A stretch of DNA of 64,000 bases from Candidatus Saccharimonadota bacterium. Its GTDB lineage: Bacteria > Patescibacteriota > Saccharimonadia > Saccharimonadales > Saccharimonadaceae. The position numbers and the translations under genes are program-made. Shown one piece after another: positions 1-9,621 of the stretch. The stretch lies in NCBI GenBank assembly GCA_027492735.1, contig JAPUEE010000005.1, forward strand, positions 65,719-129,718, read 5' to 3'. Positions within the stretch are counted from its first letter, which is position 1; every line of letters starts with the position of its first letter. Under the pieces are notes generated by a model, which did no database searches, had not been told where the DNA came from, and worked only from the letters and a program-made list of their open reading frames with translations.

Positions 1-993
1 ATGATGATGGGTGCAGATATTATCATTATTGACCCAGAGAACGAGTATCAAAAACTCTGCGAAGCTGTTGGCGGATCGTATATTCATCTCAGTTTAAATA
101 GCGATACCAGGGTCAATCCGTTTGACTTGCCGCAGGTCACGGACAGCGAAGATGGCGAAACGAGTGATGCTCTGCGTGCCAACCTGGTGACGCTACACGG
201 GTTGCTCCGTTTAATGCTTGGTTCAGGCCAGGTGGCGGCGAGTGGTGAGGTGGTCAACGTACTATCACCGTCCGAAGAAGCTGATTTAGACCAGGCATTA
301 ATTGATACGTATGCTAGGGTCGGCATCACGTCAGATCCTTTGACGCATAATTCACCACCACCGGTGATGGCGGATCTCTATGATACATTGGCACATATGG
401 GTGGCAATGGTCCACAGCTCGCTCAGCGACTTCGTCAATACACCACTGGTACATTCGCCGGTATTTTTAGTCAGCAATCTAACGTTGCTATCGATAATCG
501 CATGGTAGTATTTAATATTCGTGATCTCGAGGATGAACTGCGACCAATTGCGATGTATATTACGCTCAGCCATATTTGGAACAAAGTTCGCACCGATCAA
601 CGCAAACGCATGCTGATCGTTGATGAGGCATGGCAGCTCATGAAATATCCTGATTCAGCGAATTTCATGTTCTCTCTGGCGAAACGAGCCCGAAAATACT
701 ATTTGGGTCTCACGACGATTACACAGGACGTCGAAGACTTTATGGGGTCTGAGATGGGCCGGGCTATTGTGGCGAACGCCTCAATGCAGATTCTATTGAA
801 ACAGTCGCCATCGGCCGTTGATGTTCTAGGGCAGGTATTTAAACTGACGGATGAGGAATTGAAACGTTTATCGAGCTTTCCAGTGGGACAGGGATTGTTC
901 TTTGCTGGCCAGAGTCATGTACACATTCAGATTATTGCCTCGGCAACTGAAACAGATCTCATCACGACCAATCCGCGCGCTGCTCGAGAATAG
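1..993 (+). CDS. VirB4/TraC/TrbE-family type IV secretion ATPase, C-terminal part (5' end outside window)
   Basis: ORF is open from the window edge. Walker-B-like MLIVDEAWQLM is followed by KRARKYYLGLTTITQDVEDF, the arrangement typical of VirB4-type conjugation ATPases. Confidence 0.75.
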   Translation: MMMGADIIIIDPENEYQKLCEAVGGSYIHLSLNSDTRVNPFDLPQVTDSEDGETSDALRANLVTLHGLLRLMLGSGQVAASGEVVNVLSPSEEADLDQALIDTYARVGITSDPLTHNSPPPVMADLYDTLAHMGGNGPQLAQRLRQYTTGTFAGIFSQQSNVAIDNRMVVFNIRDLEDELRPIAMYITLSHIWNKVRTDQRKRMLIVDEAWQLMKYPDSANFMFSLAKRARKYYLGLTTITQDVEDFMGSEMGRAIVANASMQILLKQSPSAVDVLGQVFKLTDEELKRLSSFPVGQGLFFAGQSHVHIQIIASATETDLITTNPRAARE

Positions 994-1049
994 GTGATCG
1001 ACGGCTCGGAAGGCTTGCGCCGGATCCCTATATCGGTTATGATAATACT

Positions 1050-4000
1050 ATGAAATCTCGTAGGTGGGGAAGCCGTTTTGTTGTATTGCCAGCAATTTTA
1101 GGTCTAATGGTGGCGACGATGGCGACACTATTGAGCGGAAGCTCGGCTTTTGCATACACGGCAGTCGGAGCTCCGGGAAAGATAGGGGACATACCAAAAG
1201 TAAAGCAACAGGCGGCCTGGAATACCCTGGGCTGTTTAAACGCATTGAATCACCCCGCTAGTGATTCTGACACAATAAATGGGATCAATGATATTACGAG
1301 CTTTAATTGGCCGTCTAGCGGGTGGACCAGTAGTGGCAACAATGGTGACTTGAGACTGGGTATTGCAACTAGCGGCGGTGTGTACGCAGATAAGAGTCAA
1401 AATACCGGGTGTACCAAAGAGGCAACACCATATGCCTTTACTGCACTTGGCAAGAATATAAGCGCCAGTAGCAGTACTGCGGACAAGATGAATCTATTGT
1501 GTGAGATAGGCTATACTCAAACAAAAATGTCTAGTAGCTCGAGTACAGCCCCTAGATCTAACTGTGCTAGCACCACAACACGGGGCAATGATGATCAGTT
1601 TGCGCACTCCGCAGGTGCTACGCAGTGGACATTGCCTGCGCGACCGTTGACGCGCGAGGCTGAATTGTATGTTACTTTTGCCACTATGATATCCGATTCG
1701 TCCAACTCGGGTGATTGCTGGAAGCCGGCCACTAGTGATGGAACAACAGTTGCGGGCTATACGCAGACTAATATTATAACTATAGGGACGAATGCCGATC
1801 GGCTACTTGTCAAGCCTATTCTATGGAAAGATGGTTCTTCGTGCTGGGGTAGCGAATACGTTACAACCAATAGTGCCACAACTCTCAGTAGCTATGCTCA
1901 AGCTTTCTCCAATGAAACTGGTATAAAGATTGGTGTTGATGATGGCGATGGTAGTGCAACCGATCCGACCGATCCTGATAGTAGCAATACCGATGTTGGC
2001 ACTGCCCAAGATCCGTGTTACGCTGCTCAGACTCATGGCTTTGGTTGGATTGTTTGTCCGGGCCTCACATGGATGACTGCTGCTATTGATGGACTCGTTG
2101 GATGGATCACTGGCGGATTACAGTGGACAATGTTGACAGATACAACTGGCAATAGCGGGACGACCATTAGAGATGTGTGGGCCTCGATGTTGGGTATTGC
2201 TAACATAGCCTTCGCAATCGTTTTTATGATCATTATTTACTCAACAGCAACATCGTCAGGAATCAGTAATTACGGTATTAAAAAGATACTGCCTCGTCTC
2301 GTGGTCGCGGCGGTGGGTGTCAACTTGTCATTCTATATTTGTGCCGCTGCTGCCGATCTATCCAATATCGCAGGTGTGGGTCTGAATGATCTGATCATGT
2401 CTAGAATGTCGGGTGGCAATAGTCCGGCCGGTATGTTTGGCACTCTATTTGACGGGGTATTGCAGGCTGCAGTGACACTACTGATAGTGATTTTCGCCTG
2501 GGCAACGGTATTTATTGGACTCCTGACGATATTTGTTGCTATAGCATTGCGAGCCGTAGCATTGACCATGCTAGTGATCGTTTCACCGTTAGCTATCGTT
2601 GCGTCGTTACTGCCCAATACTGAAAAGTGGTTCAAAAAATGGCGCGATACATTTATCCAGTTATTGGTGGTCTATCCGGCCTTCATGGTGGTTTGGGCAG
2701 GGTGTCGTCTGGTAGCTAACGTAGCTACCGAGACAGGAGCTGACTGGAGTTGGTTGATGGCTTCATTGGCTACTTTGGCGCCATTGGCTGTTATTATTCC
2801 ATTATTCAAATCAACTAGCGGTCTCATGGGCAAGATGACGGGATTGACAGAAAAAGGTATCGGTATGGCGGGCGGCAACCAATTGAAAAACCTCAACAAA
2901 AAAAGCAATGCTTATCTCAGGGATAGATCTGCGAGAGTTGCAAAAAATGTTGTAGCGGGTGGAATTGCAACAGCGAATCAAGAGGCTAATGAGAGAGGTA
3001 AGGAACTTGCTGAGCTCGAGAAAAAGAAGGCGCAATCATGGACCCAAGCTGACGCAGCCAGGCTAAAGAATTTCAATGACAGAGTGATTGCCGGAGGCAC
3101 ATTAACGGGGGACGAGCTAAAGGAACATGCTGCGTTAGCCAAGAAACAGGTTGAGAATGCCGCAGGGACAGTTCCAACTTGGGGCAGCGGGGATGAGGAA
3201 ACACTTGGCAAAGCTCGTACTGCGAAAGCGATGGCTGATCGGAAATACTCGCGACGAGCAAACGGTCTTTTGCGTAAAGGTGTTTTCCTGGCGTCTGATA
3301 TGCGATTCACAAAGGCCAACCGAGATGCCGAGACCAAGCGGACCGAACAGGGCGAACTAGCCCGCCGTCTTTCCGAGGATCAAGCTTACCGCGCACGCTA
3401 CTCTGGTGTAACTAGAGGGATGCCAGAATCTGAGTCGGCTGATCGAATGAACCGAGCGTTAGCTCAGGCGTCGGCAATTGGCAACAAAGCTGGCGATGAA
3501 GAGCGTAGCAATTTTAATTCACTGCTCGGTGATTCAAATTCGATAGGGGAGCATGCCGAAGACAAAGCCACCGGCAATTACGAGGATCGTGTATTCGAGA
3601 ATCCAGAGAACTTTAGTAATGCGCAGGCGACAAAACTAGCGACCGATCATGATTATTCGGTGACTATTGATAACAAGGGTGTGAAACGTACGCTCAACTG
3701 GAAAACTATGAACGATAACGAGCGACTTGTTGTATTCCAAAAGGCAGCGAAATTTGGTTCAAGCCCCGAGGTCGCATCCATCCGTAATGCCCAGGCAACG
3801 GGTAAACTATTTGATGATCCGGCCCTAAGTGATGTCGCTGCTAGTATGGTTGTGCAGTCTGGTAACAAAGACTTCTTGGTTCAGGGTGCTAACGTAGCAA
3901 CCCTAGCTGCCGGTAAACCAATAAGCACTGTAGATCAGATTATCAATGTTTCCAAAGCTCCTATACCAGGTAGTGTCATGGGCCAGTTTGACAAGGCGGC

Positions 4001-4307
4001 AGCTTGGGCGGATACGGTGGGTAGTATAAATGAAGTTCGGGATCGCATGATGAGTGGCGATACGAATGCGACAAATAGTTTGGTTAACCTAGAGAATGCG
4101 ATTCGTGCTAACCTAGCTCAGCCGAATGCCTCGCGCTACATTGCTGCGGTTGGCGCTGAGTACCGCGATATCCTGAGAGCAGCCCAAATGGACGATGCTG
4201 ATATTCAAGCCCTATTTAACAGTACCGGTGCCGACTCAAAGGTGGTTGGTGATGCAATGACCAGAGATGCAATAAAGCCTAACGATATAAAGCTAAAAAG
4301 CTCTTAG
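1050..4307 (+). CDS. Large secreted/polytopic membrane protein, candidate VirB6/TrbL-like T4SS channel component with about 480-aa hydrophilic C-terminal extension
   Basis: 1085-aa ORF starting 57 nt after the VirB4-like gene. Signal-like N-terminus (RFVVLPAILGLMVATMATLLSGSSAFA), Ser/Thr/Cys-rich ectodomain, block of about 7 hydrophobic helices (aa ~335-600), then a charged Lys/Ala/Glu-rich tail. Family call rests on position and topology only. Confidence 0.6.
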   Translation: MKSRRWGSRFVVLPAILGLMVATMATLLSGSSAFAYTAVGAPGKIGDIPKVKQQAAWNTLGCLNALNHPASDSDTINGINDITSFNWPSSGWTSSGNNGDLRLGIATSGGVYADKSQNTGCTKEATPYAFTALGKNISASSSTADKMNLLCEIGYTQTKMSSSSSTAPRSNCASTTTRGNDDQFAHSAGATQWTLPARPLTREAELYVTFATMISDSSNSGDCWKPATSDGTTVAGYTQTNIITIGTNADRLLVKPILWKDGSSCWGSEYVTTNSATTLSSYAQAFSNETGIKIGVDDGDGSATDPTDPDSSNTDVGTAQDPCYAAQTHGFGWIVCPGLTWMTAAIDGLVGWITGGLQWTMLTDTTGNSGTTIRDVWASMLGIANIAFAIVFMIIIYSTATSSGISNYGIKKILPRLVVAAVGVNLSFYICAAAADLSNIAGVGLNDLIMSRMSGGNSPAGMFGTLFDGVLQAAVTLLIVIFAWATVFIGLLTIFVAIALRAVALTMLVIVSPLAIVASLLPNTEKWFKKWRDTFIQLLVVYPAFMVVWAGCRLVANVATETGADWSWLMASLATLAPLAVIIPLFKSTSGLMGKMTGLTEKGIGMAGGNQLKNLNKKSNAYLRDRSARVAKNVVAGGIATANQEANERGKELAELEKKKAQSWTQADAARLKNFNDRVIAGGTLTGDELKEHAALAKKQVENAAGTVPTWGSGDEETLGKARTAKAMADRKYSRRANGLLRKGVFLASDMRFTKANRDAETKRTEQGELARRLSEDQAYRARYSGVTRGMPESESADRMNRALAQASAIGNKAGDEERSNFNSLLGDSNSIGEHAEDKATGNYEDRVFENPENFSNAQATKLATDHDYSVTIDNKGVKRTLNWKTMNDNERLVVFQKAAKFGSSPEVASIRNAQATGKLFDDPALSDVAASMVVQSGNKDFLVQGANVATLAAGKPISTVDQIINVSKAPIPGSVMGQFDKAAAWADTVGSINEVRDRMMSGDTNATNSLVNLENAIRANLAQPNASRYIAAVGAEYRDILRAAQMDDADIQALFNSTGADSKVVGDAMTRDAIKPNDIKLKSS

Positions 4308-6052
4308 GCACTATAATCAAGCTGCGCTAGACGGCGGCGTTTCTCGGCAGCCTTGGCGGCGGCTTGGTCGAGATGAGCTATTGCGGCATAACGTCTATGA
4401 TCAGCATACCCATAGAGAGGTTGACCAGATCGAGGCAAAATAATAGCTAGGTTTAGGCCAGCATTGGCGCTACCTACCAAGGCGTCGCCTATGTTAACTA
4501 GACCGCTAACTAGACAGGAGACTCGCCCCATTCCAGCTACGCGCGAGGATCTTAGTACGTTTTTTGCGTCGGCGGCAAAGAGAACATCGTGAAGTTCCGT
4601 TGGCGTTAAATTGTTATAGTCGATACCGTTAGCCGTGAACATCTTGACTAACATCCCCTCTTCGGCGAACAAGATCTCATCGAGGTCTTTACGCTGTTCT
4701 TTGGCGTCCAGATCCAGACCTTCTTCGGCGTGAATAGGGTGGTCACGCCACTTGTGTTCAGTTCGCCATGCCATATGTGCCAGGGCGGATAATCTACCAC
4801 CGCCAACTTTGCGGTCGTGTTTTGCTAGCAGATCTACTACCTTTTTTAGATCATCGGACATGTTGCTATCCTCTAGACGATCAGACATCAATTTGCGATC
4901 ACTACGTAACTGAGCCAGGTCTTCGGCACGTTTTTGTTTGCGCTGCTGGCGGGCGCTCGGTGGCAATGTTAAAAATGAATCAATTTTGGCTTGGCGATTA
5001 ACGATTGCTTGAGCGGCCTGTTTGGTGGCTTTTTCCTGAGACTCATTAAATAGATCATTGGCCATTCGATCGGTCTCAGCCGATAAATCCGAAGTGAGAT
5101 TTGACCGCTCTAGATTTTTGGCTAGGCGTTCCAGATCAGATTCTAATTTTTTAGCTTGGGCTTGACGCTGGACGGTTATTGGATCCGGGAGTTTAACCTT
5201 GGGATCAGCTTCGGATAGGGCAATTTCTCGTTTTAGGGAGCGTAACTCCTCGTTGATGCGGAGAACGTCAGCCTTCCAGCCAGCTATTTCTTTGAGTTTA
5301 GGCTCATCCAGTTTTTCATTTTCGACTGGAGTGATGCGAATACCCACCTGGGGCTCTGTGGACGACGGCTGTTGATTGCCCGATGTAGATGATCTAGGCA
5401 TAGGGTTGCCTGGGCTAGTAGGCCCGCTAGGGTTGGTAGGTCCAGCCGGGGCTGATTGATTACCGGGAGCTGCGCCAGGTTGTGTTGGCGAATTGGTATT
5501 GCCAGCAGGAGTTATAGTGATTGCTGGTTTTGTATTGCCTGATGGCTGGTCTGTCTCTGATGGTGTCGTGCTCTCATTACTAGGAGGAGTTTCTTCAGGA
5601 ATAGCCGTAGTCTCTGTCTGATCGATAGCCTCTTCGGATACACCAGGTATTTCTGGGTTCTGACTCTGGTCTAACAGGACCTGTAAATACTCATCGCTTC
5701 GCGCACTATTTCTCGATTTACTACTAGAATTTCGTAGCCATATCTCATCTGCTAGGTGGAAAATAGCAGGCATATCTGGATTATTGCGCCTGGATTCAAT
5801 AAAGCCACGTACGGCACGAGGATTTTTCTCGCGCTGCATCAGTTCAGCTGGACTAGAGAACACCTGGTCCTCATAGGATAAATTAGCAACGAGCGCTTCG
5901 GCCTGCTGTTTGAGAGACAGCTCATCAGGATTCGGATCCGCTGTGACCGAGTCGATAGCCGCGTCAGCTACCTCGCGCTGGATAATTGGATCCGCTAATC
6001 GCTCAGCATTTTCAGGGGTGTTTATCGTATTTGATTTTTCATGATGAGACAT
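4304..6052 (-). CDS. Hypothetical protein with Pro/Ser/Thr-rich linker and coiled-coil region (T4SS-locus associated)
   Basis: Track ORF is 4304..6208. I prefer the Met at 6052 (MSHHEKS) because the 52 upstream codons are AT-rich hydrophobic read-through into the divergent promoter region. Its stop is convergent with and overlaps the stop of the 1085-aa gene. Confidence 0.6.
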   Translation of the reverse strand: MSHHEKSNTINTPENAERLADPIIQREVADAAIDSVTADPNPDELSLKQQAEALVANLSYEDQVFSSPAELMQREKNPRAVRGFIESRRNNPDMPAIFHLADEIWLRNSSSKSRNSARSDEYLQVLLDQSQNPEIPGVSEEAIDQTETTAIPEETPPSNESTTPSETDQPSGNTKPAITITPAGNTNSPTQPGAAPGNQSAPAGPTNPSGPTSPGNPMPRSSTSGNQQPSSTEPQVGIRITPVENEKLDEPKLKEIAGWKADVLRINEELRSLKREIALSEADPKVKLPDPITVQRQAQAKKLESDLERLAKNLERSNLTSDLSAETDRMANDLFNESQEKATKQAAQAIVNRQAKIDSFLTLPPSARQQRKQKRAEDLAQLRSDRKLMSDRLEDSNMSDDLKKVVDLLAKHDRKVGGGRLSALAHMAWRTEHKWRDHPIHAEEGLDLDAKEQRKDLDEILFAEEGMLVKMFTANGIDYNNLTPTELHDVLFAADAKNVLRSSRVAGMGRVSCLVSGLVNIGDALVGSANAGLNLAIILPRSGQPLYGYADHRRYAAIAHLDQAAAKAAEKRRRLAQLDYSA

Positions 6053-6134
6053 ACCTACATAGTAGCAAATTTTAATGATTTTGTCAATGCTTATATTGTT
6101 ATTTTTCATAGCTGTTATGGTAAAATATATACAT

Positions 6135-8993
6135 ATGAAAAGTGTGATGCGCCGATTTGGACTGGTATTCTCTGTCATAGCTCTATTATTGTCGGCAGTT
6201 TTTAACATTCTAACTGCATCGGATGTACTGGCGGCGCCTATCGAGAAAAAGCTTGAATATAAAAAAGTCGCCGAGATAACAAAAAATTGCCCTGTTACGC
6301 AAGGTTCAGCAAGCGATGGAACTTATGTTTATGTGGCATGTAATTATGACGATAATACAAAAACCCAATTAGTTAAATTGAAATTAGATGGTACAGAGGT
6401 CATGCGTAAAGACATGAGCGGCAAGCTCGGACACGCTAATGATATGACGTATAACAGCAAGCGAAAACTACTAGTGGTAACTCTGTGGAATTTCTCAAAA
6501 GATAATGGCAAGGTGGCGCTCGTTAGTCCTGATGATTTCTCCATCATAGGCGATGCCAAAGCAGATTCCGGTTCGTGGAGCAATCTCTGTTATAGTGCAG
6601 CAAAAGGTCAATATGTGTCGAACGGGGTGGTATTCGATGAAGATTTCAAAAAGGTCAAAACCTTGTTTAACAATAGCATCATGGACAAGTACGCGAACGG
6701 CGGTACCAATCAAGGTATGACTTGCGATGAATCTTATATCTATACTATGCGTGGTGGCCTAGGTGGTGGCGCAACGAGCTACACGGGTAAATTCAAAATC
6801 TTTATTTTCAACTGGTCGGGCGAATTATTAGAAGTTTACGATATGTGGATTAATAAATGGGCAGAGAACGAGAGCATGTTTGTAGCAAATGGCAAACTGT
6901 ATCTAATGATCAATGCAACTGGAAAAGGGGCGGGTTCGTTTAATGAACAATTCGGAACTATCGAAGGAGCTACAACAGGGCAGGGTGAGACTAGTGCGGG
7001 CGCATCACATCCACTAACGCTCGGTTCATATAATCTTCACGGCACTCTGATAAATAATGAATCTGCCTGCGAAGCCAAGGCTCGTTTTGATGTGGCCGCT
7101 AACAACATTATCTCTATGGGTATGGATATTGTTGGTATGCAGGAATATAGCGACTATGATGACAGTAAATCACCCGACTGCAATGGCCAGCAGGTAAAAC
7201 TGCTCGATAGTCTGAATAATCTCACGGGCGGTATTTGGAAGGCTACGGCACTACCGGAGGGCTATGATGGCGGCGGATATCAGGAATCCCAGGCGAGCAT
7301 TCTCTACAATTCCGTAGTTACAAAGCTAGTATCTGATGAGGCGAAAAATGTTGATGGTGGTGCGATCAAGGATGATGGTTGGAAAGGCGTCAATAATTGT
7401 CATGGCGGATCTCCAATTCATCATATAGCTGGATTTTCTGATGCCAGCGGTAATACTTTCTATGTTGCCAATGGTCACTGGTGCACTCAAAATGGTAGCC
7501 AGCGCAAAAAAGATACAGAGGCTATCGTAAAAATTATGAGTGAATATTCTGGACCGAAGTTTATTATCGGTGATACTAATTCGCAGGTTGGAGAAGAAGT
7601 TGAAAAAGTCATGGCGATCGACAAATACGACGATTCGCATATAACCGCTGCAACCAAGAATGCAGCAGAGTACGGCACCATGGCGGGCAATGGTAAAGGC
7701 GGCAATATTATTGATCGCATTTATTACGAAGAGGCTACTATATCGACACCGTCAACTTATACGACCTTGAATTGCAAAAAAGCTACGACCTGCGGTTCCG
7801 ACCATCGACCGATTTCAGCAGTTTTCCCATCGATTTTGGTAGGAGCTGGCAATCAGAACTGTAGCGGCGATCAAAAGGCAGTTTTTGATGCGGGGGTTCC
7901 GTATTATAATGTGAATGCATGTATGTGTTCAGCAGGGAGTTCTGGCGATTCTACTATGTCGGGTGATACGTTAGCCGAGCAAGCTTTCACCTTCCTCGTT
8001 TCGACAGGCGTTGAGTCAAACGATGGTAAACCGCTCAATGCTGCTCAGGCAGCAGGCATCATTGGCAATCTGATGATCGAGACAGGCGGCAACACTTACG
8101 ATCTCAAGCCAGATGCAGTTAATAGTATTGGGGCGAGCGGTATTGTGCAGTGGCTCGGTGGTAGAAAGACGGCTCTCGATAAATTTGCTGCGAAAAAAGG
8201 TGGCGATTGGAAAGATTTCAAGATCCAGCTAGAATTTATGGTTCATGAGCTTGAAACTGGATATAAAAAGGCAGTAATGGAGGGCAAGAGTGGCTCATCA
8301 AAGACTGTCGACAAAGGACTCAAAAATATTACGGATATTAGCGAACAGGGTGCAAAGGATGCAGCTGATATTGTAGCGAGATATTATGAGATTCCTAGTA
8401 TCTCCGATGCCTATCCTAATCGACAAACTGCAGCAGCCAAAGCTTTCAATGATTTCAAAGATAGTGCACCAGGGGCTTCTAGTTTAGTGGGGGCTTCGGG
8501 TGACTGCGCTAGTAGTGATGACTCTGTCGGGAGTGGTGACGCGCAGGCACTGATTGACAAGGTAAAAGAGTTTGCTTGGGCGGATGGCCGACGTGGCTCA
8601 AAACAAAAAGAAGCCTATACGGCGGCTCTAAAAGGTCGCTACAAAGGTGGAAATAACGGAAACGACTGCGGGGCTTTTGTGTCTGCTCTAATGGTTAAAA
8701 GTGGATTTGAGCCAGATTATCCAGGGACCAACACGACCGGGCAAAAAGCCTGGTTGGATAAACACTGGAAAAAGATAGCGAGCCCCGGACAGATAAATGT
8801 TGCTGATTTACAGCCAGGCGATGTTGCAGTCATTGGCGGCAGTCACGTCTTTGTTTGGATCGGTGAGGTCGATGATTTTGTCGGCAAGAGCGCCGAGGCG
8901 GCTCTCGGTAGCAACACTGCTCCAACAGCGATCACCAAAGGTAACACATTTAGCCTGCCTTCGAAATATAATTGGTATAGGAAAGAAGACTAA
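6135..8993 (+). CDS. Secreted multidomain hydrolase: N-terminal beta-rich domain, endonuclease/exonuclease/phosphatase (EEP) domain, phage-tail-lysozyme-like domain, NlpC/P60- or CHAP-like peptidase
   Basis: Start chosen at MKSVMRRFGLVFSVIALLLSAVFNILTASDVLA (signal peptide). EEP hallmarks are LTLGSYNLHG ... GMQEY ... CGSDHRPISAVF. Lysozyme-like motif is AAGIIGNLMIETGG ... GIVQWLGGRK. C-terminal Cys/His pair is NGNDCGAFVSAL ... GGSHVFVWIG. Confidence 0.8.
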   Translation: MKSVMRRFGLVFSVIALLLSAVFNILTASDVLAAPIEKKLEYKKVAEITKNCPVTQGSASDGTYVYVACNYDDNTKTQLVKLKLDGTEVMRKDMSGKLGHANDMTYNSKRKLLVVTLWNFSKDNGKVALVSPDDFSIIGDAKADSGSWSNLCYSAAKGQYVSNGVVFDEDFKKVKTLFNNSIMDKYANGGTNQGMTCDESYIYTMRGGLGGGATSYTGKFKIFIFNWSGELLEVYDMWINKWAENESMFVANGKLYLMINATGKGAGSFNEQFGTIEGATTGQGETSAGASHPLTLGSYNLHGTLINNESACEAKARFDVAANNIISMGMDIVGMQEYSDYDDSKSPDCNGQQVKLLDSLNNLTGGIWKATALPEGYDGGGYQESQASILYNSVVTKLVSDEAKNVDGGAIKDDGWKGVNNCHGGSPIHHIAGFSDASGNTFYVANGHWCTQNGSQRKKDTEAIVKIMSEYSGPKFIIGDTNSQVGEEVEKVMAIDKYDDSHITAATKNAAEYGTMAGNGKGGNIIDRIYYEEATISTPSTYTTLNCKKATTCGSDHRPISAVFPSILVGAGNQNCSGDQKAVFDAGVPYYNVNACMCSAGSSGDSTMSGDTLAEQAFTFLVSTGVESNDGKPLNAAQAAGIIGNLMIETGGNTYDLKPDAVNSIGASGIVQWLGGRKTALDKFAAKKGGDWKDFKIQLEFMVHELETGYKKAVMEGKSGSSKTVDKGLKNITDISEQGAKDAADIVARYYEIPSISDAYPNRQTAAAKAFNDFKDSAPGASSLVGASGDCASSDDSVGSGDAQALIDKVKEFAWADGRRGSKQKEAYTAALKGRYKGGNNGNDCGAFVSALMVKSGFEPDYPGTNTTGQKAWLDKHWKKIASPGQINVADLQPGDVAVIGGSHVFVWIGEVDDFVGKSAEAALGSNTAPTAITKGNTFSLPSKYNWYRKED

Positions 8994-8994
8994 T

Positions 8995-9621
8995 ATGTTA
9001 CGAGAAATTATCAAACCCATTCACATCATTATATTGTCGGTTTTTGTGTTAGCTATAGTGGCGATAGCGGTATGGTCAAATGTTTATCAGGCAAGCAATC
9101 CGATCACTATTAGTAAAGTCCCTACCGATGCAACGGTATATATTAACGGGAAAGAAGTTTCGGGTGATCGTACTAATCTCGCGAATGGGGCCTATACGGT
9201 CAAGGCCACCAAAGATGGTTTTTCTAACTACCAGGATACGGTTATTATAGATGACAACAGCAAATATATCGTCGTGGCACTAGAGCCTGAATCCGACTCG
9301 GCAAAGCAATGGGCCGAGGATAATCAAGATTTATATCTAACACAAGAGCAAATCACCGGCTCTGAAGTCATGGAATCTGGAGCGTCGGTATTAGAGAAAA
9401 ATCCGCTCATTGAAGAGTTGCCAATCCAGGACGGACTTTACTCGGTAGGGTATATCATGGATAGCAGCGATAGCTCTGGCAACTCAGTAATTATTACAGT
9501 TGATACGACTAATGGTTATCGTAATACTGCTATAAAGAGCATTTACGACGCAGGATACGATCCTGCAAATTATAAGATTCAGCTAGAAAACTATACTAAT
9601 CCGTTCAAGGAGTATAAATAA
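8995..9621 (+). CDS. Membrane-anchored PEGA-domain protein
   Basis: ATG at 8995, 1 nt after the upstream stop. N-terminal TM helix IHIIILSVFVLAIVAIAVW. PEGA-like motif PTDATVYINGKEVSGDRTNLANGAYTVKATKDGFSNYQDTVII. Confidence 0.7.
   Translation: MLREIIKPIHIIILSVFVLAIVAIAVWSNVYQASNPITISKVPTDATVYINGKEVSGDRTNLANGAYTVKATKDGFSNYQDTVIIDDNSKYIVVALEPESDSAKQWAEDNQDLYLTQEQITGSEVMESGASVLEKNPLIEELPIQDGLYSVGYIMDSSDSSGNSVIITVDTTNGYRNTAIKSIYDAGYDPANYKIQLENYTNPFKEYK

Noticed and set aside
6075-6134. Upstream extensions of track ORFs at 6075, 8797, 18136, 30850, 39806, 54728 and 59232.
   Set aside because: In each case an internal Met gives a proper signal peptide, prepilin leader or P-loop N-terminus and a sensible SD or -10 spacing. 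The extension overlaps the preceding gene or promoter.
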